A DNA stretch of 64,000 nucleotides from Eledone cirrhosa. Its lineage: Eukaryota. A model generated the notes under the pieces. It saw nothing but the letters and a program-made list of their open reading frames with translations. It was not told the origin of the DNA and did not search any database. Position numbers and translations under genes: made by a program. Positions within the stretch are counted from its first letter, which is position 1; each line of letters starts with the position of its first letter. Where the stretch lies: assembly GCA_964016885.1 (NCBI GenBank), contig OZ024750.1:7068001-7132000 (forward strand), in the 5' to 3' direction. This document shows, piece after piece, positions 34,908 through 47,300 of the stretch.

Positions 34908-36758
34908 TCAATTATCTCCAGGTAATACATCAAATGGATTGTTTTTATTGTCGAATTTCAAGTCCACATACTTATTTGACTTCCCTTTGTCCAATATTTG
35001 TATTTTAATTGTTGGTTCAGTTGAAGTTTTCTCTTTTGCATCTTTTTTTTTCAGTAAGTCATCAACATTTCTAACACATAGTTTGACAGAACACCCCTTC
35101 TTGATGAGCTCGCGTTCATGAGCTAGGGCAAGCTGAGACACAACAAGCCTCTCCACTTCATGTTTTATAGATCTCGCCCCATAGTTAACATTGTATCCAC
35201 TAGTTAAGACGTCAATCACTAAATGGTCCCATGTAAGCTCAATAGAATGTTTAGACTCTGCACGTTCGGACCAAAATTTTAATTCTTTAGCAACCAGTTT
35301 GCTGAGTTCTGCAGGGGAAAATGGCAAAAAGTAGACAATTTCATTTATTCTACCTAAAAATTCATCTCTTCTGAAATGATGTTTGAGAATAGGTTGTACA
35401 ACCAGATCTTTGAATTTTCTGGAAATGACAACATCTGATACTTTTATATCTTCCAAAGAATCAGAATGTTTTAATTTGGATACTTCAGCAGCTTCTTCAC
35501 GTAACTGAATAGCATGGTTTGCTATCTCATCATTAGCTAAATTAGATGTCATAATAAATAAAGCATCTTTACATTCAATTGTTTTACCTTTACCATCTGT
35601 TAATCGACCTTCGTCAAATAGCTGTAACATAATGGTGAGAATATCTGGATGTGCTTTATCCACTTCATCAAACAAAACCACGGCAGTAGGATATTCTGTT
35701 AATTTCTTAGTCAATTGACCACCTTCTTCGTGGCCAACGTAACCAGGAGGTGAGCCTATAAATTTGGCGACTTCATGTTTTTCTTGATATTCAGACATAT
35801 CAATACGGACAAAACCTTTTTTAACGTCCTTATGGAGATATTTGGCCACTTGTTTGGCCAGCTCTGTTTTACCGATACCAGATGATCCAAGAAAAAGAAA
35901 CACCAGTGGATGGTCTTCATCATACCATCCATTCTCTTTTCTTCGAATAGCAGCAGCGACGTTATTGATAGCTCCTTCTTGTCCAATTATATGTTCTTTA
36001 AGTCTTTCTTCAAGAGGATATTTACGTCTATCTTCCAGTTGTTTCTTTACTTGCATTTCTTCAAACTTTTTCTCATTTTCACTTAAAAGGTTTTTCAGTT
36101 TTTGAGTCCGAGCGTAATCAGATGGCTTGTGACCCAGTTCGTTTTCAATCGAAGGGTTAGCTCCAGCATATAGTAATTGCGTAACGATATTTGAATCATC
36201 AATAAGTACAGCATAATGAAGCGCCGTGCATCCTTTGAAGTTTGAATTGCTGCTTAGTCGATCACTAAATTCTTCTTGTCTCGTTAAAATAACTTGAAGG
36301 GAATGGATTCGCTTGTCTCTGGCGACCGTAAAAGAGTTGCTATATTCATCTCCCAACTGTATATCCGCACCAGCTTTTAGAAGCATCGAAACTGCAGTTG
36401 AATTTCGGTTAATAGCAGCCAAGTGGAGAGGTGTCCACCCAAGCTCATGTCTCTGGTTAACATCTACACCAGATTTTATCTCCGCTTCAATTCCTGAGCT
36501 ATTAAATGACTTAATAGAATTTAACAATCGTTCGATGTCATTCGAAAGATTACCCGCGCAAAATGCAACACAACCGATTGCAAGAGTAGAATAACCGATC
36601 AAACGAGAAGGTTGAAGATAAACACATTTAACTTTTGTAAAGCAAGGTACAACAGAATGCCATAAGGAATATTTTCTAGAATAATAGCGATTTACTGTCC
36701 TGAAAGCTTGCAATGGCGTTCGGTTTAAATTAACCATTAGAAATTTGAATAATGCCAT
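34908..36758 (-). CDS. CLPB: Mitochondrial disaggregase CLPB (Skd3): ankyrin repeats plus one AAA+ domain, intronless CDS, 616 aa
   Basis: Single ORF with an Arg-rich, acid-poor N-terminus (presequence-like), ankyrin motifs GWTPLHLAA and GCTALHYAV, Walker A GSSGIGKT, pore loop GSPPGYVG, Walker [12 protein letters not shown] and [11 protein letters not shown]. Confidence 0.97.
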   Translation of the reverse strand: MALFKFLMVNLNRTPLQAFRTVNRYYSRKYSLWHSVVPCFTKVKCVYLQPSRLIGYSTLAIGCVAFCAGNLSNDIERLLNSIKSFNSSGIEAEIKSGVDVNQRHELGWTPLHLAAINRNSTAVSMLLKAGADIQLGDEYSNSFTVARDKRIHSLQVILTRQEEFSDRLSSNSNFKGCTALHYAVLIDDSNIVTQLLYAGANPSIENELGHKPSDYARTQKLKNLLSENEKKFEEMQVKKQLEDRRKYPLEERLKEHIIGQEGAINNVAAAIRRKENGWYDEDHPLVFLFLGSSGIGKTELAKQVAKYLHKDVKKGFVRIDMSEYQEKHEVAKFIGSPPGYVGHEEGGQLTKKLTEYPTAVVLFDEVDKAHPDILTIMLQLFDEGRLTDGKGKTIECKDALFIMTSNLANDEIANHAIQLREEAAEVSKLKHSDSLEDIKVSDVVISRKFKDLVVQPILKHHFRRDEFLGRINEIVYFLPFSPAELSKLVAKELKFWSERAESKHSIELTWDHLVIDVLTSGYNVNYGARSIKHEVERLVVSQLALAHERELIKKGCSVKLCVRNVDDLLKKKDAKEKTSTEPTIKIQILDKGKSNKYVDLKFDNKNNPFDVLPGDN

Positions 36759-37149
36759 ATTTAGTGTAATATCATCAGTTTTAAGTGAGAAAAAGTATAC
36801 AAAATATTCTCAAAAGAAAATAATGAACTGTATTAAATTAAAATAATCTAAAATTGTTCATTAAAGAATAGATATTCTTAACATATTGATAAAGAAAGTC
36901 AATATAACCTACCATAAAAAGTTGTTAATTCTGGATACACAAACGGTATAAAATATATCTGTTCCTTGTAGAAATAAATTCCAGTACATATTTTAAGACA
37001 TTGAGGGGGAGTAGAGGATTAAAATGTTTGTAATCATCATATGAAATACGAATTATGTTCTCTCTTTCTCTTTAAAATTTTATTGATGAAGAATATAATA
37101 TATAACGGGTAATATCTAATGTAAAAGGATAGTAACGTTAAGGCATAGA

Positions 37150-37900
37150 CACTATATTAGACTATACTAGTGTTTCCCTCTAATAATTCAGTAATCAAAA
37201 ATACTGGCGGCAAAACCGCGGGAGATCACGAGGCTGGGATGATGAAACAATGAACCACCTTCCCGAGCACCTTTATACTTTTTTGTTATAAATTTCTGGT
37301 TCGGTTTCAAATCGAGAAATCATAAAAAAAAATCTTGGAAAAACTAGTTAGGTTTTGGGGTTGATTAAAAGGTCAATAAAAAAATCTGTCCGAAGTCGAT
37401 AATATAGAAACAACTATTTTTCTTGTACACCGTTTCCTTTAATGCAAGGGAGATAACTCCGTAAAGCAAGCACATGTTATTACAAGATGATGTGTAAAGG
37501 AAGCACGTGTTTATAATATTAAGGTATGTATTCGTGGAAATTTTAATATCTTTATCGACAAATCTTAAAACTATTTTAGTAATAATACCTGAAAAAATAT
37601 CGTCGACTAAAAGTAATGCAAGTAACGTGTATTCAATAATGAAAGTATTTATATTCTGTTTCACTTCCTGAACATTTTAAATGCGGTTTTTTTTTACGAT
37701 GAACCCCTTAATTACTAATACGAATCATAAATTGTACCTAATTTTGTTAACTATTACAACATGCCCATTTGCCTATGTGTACAATAAATAAAAGAATCGG
37801 AGGTTCTACTATTAGTTTTGAAAACTTTCGGTAAGGTACTCGAACCCTGAAAAGAAAATATATTTATACACTTTATATACAAACGAAATCGATTTATACA
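37150..37900. promoter_or_regulatory. Probable bidirectional promoter for CLPB (-) and WDR3 (+)
   Basis: Head-to-head genes; the region is free of repeats and relatively CpG-rich, with E2F-like gcgggaga/ggcggcaaaa at ~37206-37225 and a candidate WDR3 5'UTR donor ttcg|GTAAGG at 37831. Confidence 0.5.
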
Positions 37901-39093
37901 CTTATATTGGCGATCCCTCGAATTGTCTTTTCATAAATACTTCCGTCTAATCCCTAACAGTTTAACAAAATCACAGTTTGATGAATCGATCTGACTAAAG
38001 TCTTCAAGTTTAGTTATTTCTGACTGATTTGATAAAAATAAAGTTCCCAGATAAACAGATTGATTGGTATATTTTCCCATTAGTTTTAATTAATTGATGT
38101 TTGTTTACAAACATCAATTAGGTTTAATTAATTGATGTTTGTTTACAAACATTGAATTACCATACATTTCTTATCGCCTACTAATATAAAGACTTTGAAA
38201 ATTGGATCCACAATGTTTATTAAAAATCTTGGCGAAATTTCGTGTCATGGAACTCTTAAACAATCACAGATGATTTTGATCGTTTAACGCACGTCAAATT
38301 AAATGTTACAGTTTAAGTAATTTTTACTTAAATATACAAAATGTAAAATAGTTTGTATTAATGACAATAATATTCTCTTGAAATCTCTGTGTTATCTTTG
38401 ATTCATTACATCCTTTACACAACAACACATTAGGAAACTGATGATGTTCACCCCTTCACCAGCGGTGTTGTTATGTGAGACACAAGATATATAATGATTT
38501 TTTCCCCAGTTTCTAACGATAATAGTTTTAATTTCTGTTACTGATTATTTTATGTTAGGTTTCCGTATTCCTACAACTTTCCGTGTACATTTTGAAATAT
38601 TAAAGTAATATATAAATGATATAACTGGTATTACTTGATGTCGAAAATACTACTAGATATATAAACGTTAGAATATGTGTAATAAGGCCAAGACAATGCA
38701 GATATGGACATAGAAAAAGAATGCAATAGTGAGAGATATTGATGAGAATTCGTCTTTCACCTTGAATTTATTTAAATGTCCTTAATTTTCGAGATAATAT
38801 CTCTTCTTCGGAGGGAAGTAAAAGTCTCAGACCAGCGTCTTAAATTTCCAATGAAGCCATGCATATATACTAGATATATGTTTTAATGATGTTTGATTTA
38901 CTAAAATGTGTTTTGATAATGTTTGAAAATATGTTTTTCTTTTAATTTCTATAAACATGGAACATGAAGTAAAATAGAGGATGTTCCAAGCTGTGTTGTA
39001 AACCTGTTCAACCCATGCAAGCATGGACCCAAACTAGTGTAAAATGATGGTTATGATGATATTATTAATGTTATTTTCAGATCATATGAAATA

Positions 39094-41308
39094 ATGGGTC
39101 TTACAAAGCAGTATCTTCGATATAACCATCAGGACACATTTGGTATAATTGGAAGTCACCAATCTAATATTCAATTTCTGAATTATCATAACACACTTGG
39201 GAGATATGTGGCTGTTGCAGCTTGTGAAGATGTTGTTATCTGGGATTTACGGAGCAGAAAAAAGGTAAAAAAAATACATAATTAAGTTGATTCCTATTTC
39301 TTTTAGAGGTTATTCTTAGGAAGGGCATCCAGCTGTAAAAAAACTGCCAACACAAAAGGTTGCGAGGACTCTTCAGTTATGTCAGGATCATGACAACCTA
39401 GTATTGTTGATCTGTATAATAAATACACTGTGTAAAGTGGTGTTAGAAAGGGCATCCAACTGTAGAAACTATGTTAAAAAAAAGTTGAGAGGACAGTTTG
39501 GTTGTTTCAAGGACATGACAACTTCTCTAGTATTGTTGTAAAGTGGTTGATGATAGGAAGGGCATCTAGCCAAAGAAATCCCTAGTGCTGGTGCCCTGAT
39601 AATTGTTTCTACTTTTGCACAAGGCCAGCAATTATCTCAGTTCATTACTGGTACTTTATTTTATCGACCCCGTAAGGATGAAAGGCAAAGTTAACCTCGG
39701 CGGGATTTGAACTCAGATCACTGGTGATAATATGTATAGTACAGGAATGTATGTAAGTGAGATACTGGTCCCCAGCCTGAGAGTTCAGTAGTCCTGCTTC
39801 ATACAGGTCTCTTCTCTCAGGCATTTTCACATCTACTCTTTGTTGACATATATAATATATATTTTGATATGAAACTTAGTTCTAATTTAAATATGCAAAC
39901 AATCTTTTTACACACATGCTTCTCCTCCCCGAATTCTAACATCATTTTACTTTTATTTTAGGTTGCAGTTCTAAAAGGTGAAAAATTTCCTGTCACTGCT
40001 TTGAAGGTTTCACTGACCCATAAACAGCTATCAGTTGGTTATGTCAATGGAATGATTAATGTGTTTGATGTGGAGAACCAAGCAACTCTCTTTAAGTTTA
40101 ATGGACACAAATCTGCCGTTACAGTTCTCAACCACAACAAAGATGGTTTTATTTTAGTGTCTGGAGGAAATGTGAGTACTTTTTTGTTAGGAATTATTTT
40201 ATATATTTATGTAAATGTGGCTGGTGTTAGGAATGGCATCCAGCCGTAGAAGCCAAGCCAGAAACACTTATGTATGAGCAAGACGCGGTTATCTGATTTG
40301 ACTCGTCTCATGAGACAACTTGTCTAACCCATGCTAGCATGGAAAAATGGACGTTAAATGGGGATACTGAAGTAAAATGTTCTTTTAAAATAACTTTTCA
40401 TCAAAGTTTTGTTTTTATATTTTGATCAGAGGTCAGTAAAATAATTGACTGGCTTGGTTTCACCTTCATTCATTGTATCTGTTTGTATATAGTTAATGTA
40501 ATGGTCAACTGACTATTTTCAGGACACTGATGTTATTTTGTGGGACCTACTGCAAGGAACTGGTTTGTACAGATTAAAAGGTCACAAAGGAAGCATAACT
40601 CAAGCAATATTCCTTTCTGAAGATAATGTATTAATTACCAGGTAATTGTGAGAAATCTTTTGTAGAAAATTATATTTCCTCCTTTCAAAACTTTATATGT
40701 AATAGGAAGCTTTCGTGTGAATTGTCACAGTTTTTATTGTTGTTTTATAATATAAGTCTGTTTTTATCATACTTTGTACAAATCTGTTGTTTTATTAGTA
40801 CACTATATCATAGCTTGTATATTAGTACACAGTGGTTATATCATATACACTACACTGTAGTATGAGAGCCATTGTTTATGTTGTAAAATCTGTCTTAGTC
40901 TATATTATATGTTCTATTGTCAAAACCCTTGTATAATAAAAGTATTAATTACCTTCAATTATACTCATTAACTACCTGTTTCTTTTATGTAAACTGTTCT
41001 GGCATTTGATGGAAAGATCATAAGCTTTTAAATTTTATTTTAAACTTTGATATTTAATGTTGATAGTTGATATATTTAAATGTTGATATTTTGTTTCTAG
41101 TTCTAAAGACACATTTATAAAGCTATGGGACTTGGACACTCAGCATTGCTTTGACACCATTATTGAACATCGCAGTGAGGTAAGTTTCCAATTTCAATTT
41201 TGGATGGTCTTATATATATATAGGGTATGAATCAAAGTTGTTTGAGGTAATCGTAAAGCACTCAGTGGATCGAGAAGCTAAAGATTATTGTCCAGAGTAA
41301 AACACAAG

Positions 41309-41351
<43 letters not shown>

Positions 41352-44300
41352 GTTGTGGATCATTATTAGGATCATACAGGCGGTGGATTGGCAGTATCGG
41401 TAGAGGGTCGGACGCCATGCTTTAACATGTAGAGTTACGGCCCTTGCCATTCTGAGTTCAAATCCCGCTAAGGTTAACTTTGCCTTTCATCCGTACGGGG
41501 GTCGATAAAATAAAGTACCAGTAATACACTGGGTAATTGCTGGCCTTGTGCCAAAAGTAGAAACAATTATTAGGATCATACATTTTTTTTTTTTTTTGCA
41601 GTATCAGTAGAGAGTTGGACAGCAATTATGTGGTATAGAGTTATGACACTTTACATTCATCATCATCATCATCATCGTTTAACGTCCATCTTCTACGCTT
41701 GCATGGGTTTGGACGGGAATTTTCCCACTTGAGGCAAGATTGGTTGTCTTGCTCGCATAGGACTGTCTGGCGGGTTTTCTATGGCTGGATGCCCTTCTTA
41801 ACACCAACCACGTTTACAGTGTGGGACTGGGAGGTTTTTACCGTGTTACCTACACGGCCACATTACAGCGTGGACTGTGTGTTTTTTTGTGACACCTACA
41901 CGACCTCATTTATTTCGGACTGGATGTTGTGGTACCAACATAACTTTACATCGAAAGGGGTGGTGTGGATGGGGTGGGGGTAATGGGATGGGTGTGTATT
42001 TTTGTTAAGAGGTGCCTACTGACTGTAGTAGGTTTCACTTTGTACTTAGGCAAGGCGGGTCTTCTGTATTACTATGTAGCGCCAAAGATCTCGGTCCAGT
42101 GACATTGTCTTGGAGAAGTGTAAGTGTGTGAGGTCGGAATTTATCAAGTCGTCCATTCTGATGTTAAATCCTGCTGAGATTAGCTTTACCTTTCATCCCT
42201 ATGGGGACGATAAAAATAAAGTACCAGTAAATCACTGGGGTCGATTTAATCGACTTTCCCCTCTCCCCAAATTAAGATGTTCAGCCATTTATGAAATATT
42301 TGATTTTATTTATGTTTGTTTGCAAACTATTTCGCTCATAAACAACTCCTGTAATCCATTTTATCTCAAACAGTGATTCCTGTGATATTCCTAATGTCAA
42401 TTTATTTTTTTATATTTTTCAGGTTACAGATATTCTAGTTACAGAAAATAAGGAATTAATTACTGGCTGTGCTGATAATGAACTTCGTTTCTGGGGCCTT
42501 AAACAAAATTCTGTAAATATTCTTTGATATATTACTCATGTAGATCAATAGTTCCTAGACTTTTATTTTACTTGTGCTACATTTTAGATCAAATAACAAC
42601 TGACTGTCTCAGCCATAAACTCGACTGATTCTTGAACATTCTCTCTTTTCTTATTCTAGAACAAAGAAGACGGATCAGAGGTCCCACCAAAAAAGTCTCG
42701 AATTGAGGCATCAAAAACCGATGATTCAGCTGAGAGTCAAGAAGAGGAATATGTAAGTTATTGTTATTATTTTATTACTATATATATTATTATTTTATTA
42801 TTTTATTACTATAAGGGCGGTGAATTGGCAGTATCGGTAGAGGGTCGGTCGCCATGCTTTCTAGCATTGTTACGTCCCTTTACAGTCTGAGTTCAAATCC
42901 CGTCGAGGTTAACTTTGCCTTTCATCCTTCGATAAAATAAAGTACCAGTAATGCACTGGTAAAATCCATCATATAAATATAACTATGTTTTTTTCTATTT
43001 CAGAGATGTCAAATTGAATCTATTAAAATTGGTTCACTTATGCGTCAAACTAAAGAAAGACTAATTTCCATGAAAACTGATCCGTCGAATAGATTCCTTA
43101 TATGTCTGGTAAGTAATTGGTCAGTTATGGCTATATTAGGTATATATTGGTCAAATAGAGTCCTTGTATGTCTGGTAAATAGTTGGTCAGTTATGGCTAA
43201 AAAAACGTCTAAGCTCTGTCTTGAGCCAGAAAACTTATCTGGCCAGTGCTTATAACAGTTTCCATGATATGAATTAACTGAGAGTACAAGACTTTTTCCT
43301 GGACAGGACACCAGTTCATCACAGGGTTAAACTTCCAGCTATTGCTGGTACTCATTTTTAGCTGAGTATACTGGAGGCACATGAAATGAAGTGTTTTGTT
43401 CAAGAATACAACACACAACCCAGCCCAGGAATCGAACCCATGACATTATGATTGTCAGTCCAACACACTTACCACTAAGTAAGAGTGTTGGACGTATAAG
43501 TGTTAGAACAGAGATTAACCAGCATCTTTTTACAATACGTCATCATTGTCAAGTACTTAAAATAGACTTTGGAACTACTGGTGATGACACTGTTGTGAAT
43601 AGAACATGATATCTTTATTGTGATGTGCAGTATTGTATATTGAAATATAACTTCATAATACTTACAATATCACAGGTAATATAGATCAAGCAATAGAAAA
43701 TGTAACAGGTTATAGAATATTAAGAATGTTTCTTAGTGGCTGTAGTGAAATTCTTCATTAACTAATTGAAATAGAGTGTATTTCATTAGAAATATAGTCA
43801 TGAAAAGGTTATCAAGTCCCTTCTGTGGTGTTATGACTCTTTGAGAAATTATTATTTCATTATTATGATGAATTTTCTAGAACAATGACAGCAGTCTTGA
43901 GATTTATCTCATGGCTACTGATGAAGAACTGAAGAAATTAGAAAAACGAAAACTAAAGAAACGTAAAAATCAGTAAGTATATATATATATCATCATCATC
44001 ATCATTTAACATCCTTTTTTTCTATGCTTTCATGGCTGACTGAATACACATGTTTTTTCTTAAAAAAAATGTTTCTGATCCTTCCTCTTCTCGCTCTATA
44101 TCTTTCTATTTCATCTTTTATTTCTCACTCTATCTTCTGATGAAGGACTAGTGTCTGAAACAACGACTTTTTTTTCTTACTATATCAACATTGTGTGAGG
44201 ACAGCCTATTGATTGGTTCAGTATTTCTCAATCTTATTCTTTAACTTTTGTTTCTTATTTCAGAGATGAAACCAAGCCTATGATAACATTAAAAGATATC

Positions 44301-47300
44301 TTTATGAAAATCACCAGTTTAAAAATAGCCCAGAAAGGACACAGTTTTGACTTTTTTCTGGAAAAAAATATCTTAAAGGTATAATTACTTCTTTCTTTGT
44401 AATTTTAGTTAATTAAAAATATAATTAAATTGGATTAATGATGATATGGAAGATATAATTTAACTAAGTCATTGCCAACATTACTCCCCTTTCACACACT
44501 CCTCTTTTATGTTTTAAAATATTTTTTTCTATTGAAGAGTGGAGGTGGTCTTCTATAATGACAGACATTCATGCTTTAAAGAATTTTGGAAGTTTAGAAC
44601 AACTGACACAAAGAATGTGCAATCACACAAATAAACACAGCTGATATAGAGAACATGTGAGGTTAACCTGTTGTTGTAGGTTGTAACAACATTGTGTGAG
44701 GACAGCCTGTTGTAGACTGTAACCTAAGTCATTCTAGATGTGAATGGAATGTTAAAAGAGGGAAGATGATAATGAGAAAAAAATCTCTTTCACCCGTTTA
44801 CATTTGTTTAACCCATTTAGCATTTACATTACTCTATAATTTACTATTGTATTTTCATGGTAAAGGCTTTACTTTACATAATTATCTCACATGATATCGA
44901 ATCTGAGATTTTGATATTATTTATGTTAAGAACAATACCTTAATATAAGTATGAGCAACTGGTTTGAATAGAAAGAGGTGAGTTAATTCTGGCCAGATAT
45001 GGCCGGTTTAAATGCTAAAGGGTTAAATATTGATACATGTACTGATACTTTAGTTTTCTTATTATTCTGTGTGATGAGAGAATTTATATTGAAAAGGATG
45101 AGAGCTAAATGTGTTATATTGGTTGTTAATGATATGTCGAATTAGAAGGATTTTAAAATTCTACAAAATTAAACAAAATGTTTGTTATATTTCGTTATTT
45201 TCAGATTGTTTGTTTATCATCTAATAACAGTATATCGTGGTATAACATTGACATCAATGCTACTGACCAGATACCAGAGAAAGAAATATTAGAAAGTCAA
45301 GGTCATCGTACAGCAATCCGGGCACTGTCTTTCAGTTCAGATAATTCTGCTATCCTTTCTGTTAGTGCTGATTCTGTCAAAGTCTGGGATCGGTAATAAA
45401 AATAAGTTACTTATTATAATTGTTTCTACTTTTGGCACAAGGCCAGCAATTACCCAGTGCATTACTGGTACTTTATTTTATCAACCCCGTAAGGATGAAA
45501 GGCAAAGTTAACCTCGGCGGGATTTGAACTCAGAATGGCAAGGACCGTAACTGTATGCGTCAAAGCATGGCGTCCGACCCTCTACCGATACTGCCAATCC
45601 ACCGTATTATTATAATGCAGATGTAAAACATTTATGATTATAAACTATAGGTTAAAACCATGTTAAAAACATTACCATCTATTTATAGATATAGAGTAAT
45701 TTATTAAGCTATCTTATCTATGAAATTTAGTCACCTGAGCTATGGTTACTGTAAGAAAGAGCATCTTTGAGTAAATTCATGAATTTGAAGATTTATGTTA
45801 GTATAAAATTATAAAATGTTTTGTGTATAAAGTGGCATCACTTAATTTAAAAACAGGAGTTCATTGATGGTTAAATTTTAATTAATTCCCATTTACAGTG
45901 GAACCTTGGTTCATGAACTTAATTTGTTCCTGAAGGCCGTTTGTCACTTGAATTGTTTGTAAACTGAAAATATTTTTCCCATACGAAATGTCGAGAGAGA
46001 CTGTGTGTGGAAGTAACTAACTATAATAATAATAATAAAAAAATACAGTCCATGCTGTAATGTGGTCATGTAGGTAACACAGCAAAAAGCTCCCAGTCCA
46101 CACTGTAAATGTGGTTGGTGTTAGGAAGGTCATCCAGCCATAGAAAACCTGCCAGATAGTCCTATATGAGTGAGACACAGTCACCCGACCAATCTTGCCC
46201 CAAATAAGACAATTCCCGTCTAACCCATGCTAGCGTGGAAGATAGACATTAAACGATCATCAAAGGTGCATGTATAGTACATGACACTTTCCCACCAATA
46301 CTTCTTACTTATTGCTAATTCTTTTATTATTTTAGGTCATACTTGCAATGTATAGCAACAATGGATTGTGAATATGCTCTTTGCTGTCTTTTTCTTCCTG
46401 GAGACCGTTTATGTGTTATTGGAACGAAGGTAAGGATGTTCATTGTTCAAGTTTATTAGGTTTCAGTATGAGTGACCAGTTACGGCTGTTTGAGCAGAAA
46501 GAAGTGAGAGAATTTTGGCTGGATATGGTCAGTTGGAATGCTAAAAGGTTAAATATAAATAGGGTTCACTTTACTTTCTTTAATCCTTCTGGGTTTCACT
46601 TGATAAAATAAAATTGATTAAATTCATGACTTTGTGCCAAAGTTGGAAATCATTAGATTTCTTACCAGGTCTGCGAAATGATAAAAATGGTGGCTCTTTC
46701 CAGTGTTTAGTTAGAATCCTCTATATTTTCTGAGTTCAAATATTTGTTTTTACTTTTGGCACAAGGACAGCAATTATTCCAGTGTATTACTGGTACTTTA
46801 TTTGATCGACCCTGTAAGGATGAAAGGCAAAGTTAATCTCGGCGGGATTTGAACTCAGATAATAAAAGCTCGTAACTCTGCTGCAAAGCATGGCGTTAGA
46901 CCCTCTACTGATACTGCCAATCACCAATCTGAGTTAAAATATTAAAGCCATCTTTGTTTTTTCCCTGTCTGTGGAGTTTCTATCATCACCAACAACAACA
47001 ACAAACACACATCAGGTGTAGAGCTTAACACCAACAAATATATCTGTTTGTGTCGCTGTATATGTGTCAAACTAAATATTATATTCTCTTTCTAGACTGG
47101 AACACTGCAGCTATTTGAAATTGCGACTGCTACATTACTAAACACCTTTGATGCTCACAGTGGACCAGTTTGGGGTATAAGCCTCTCTCCGGACAAGGTA
47201 ATGTTTCAATTCTTTCTTTTACAAACCAAACTCCTATCTATACTTAGGACAACATGCTTCACAGCATAGAGTTGCGAGCCATTACGTTCTGATATCAAAT

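Noticed and set aside
34908-36758. Bacterial ClpB from contamination or horizontal transfer
   Set aside because: Ankyrin repeats with a single AAA+ domain and a presequence are the metazoan Skd3 architecture, and base composition matches the host.
30489-37700. CLPB nested inside a UIMC1 intron
   Set aside because: No linking coding exons found upstream of CLPB, and promoter-like motifs occur at ~32.8-33.0 kb; not fully excluded without cDNA.
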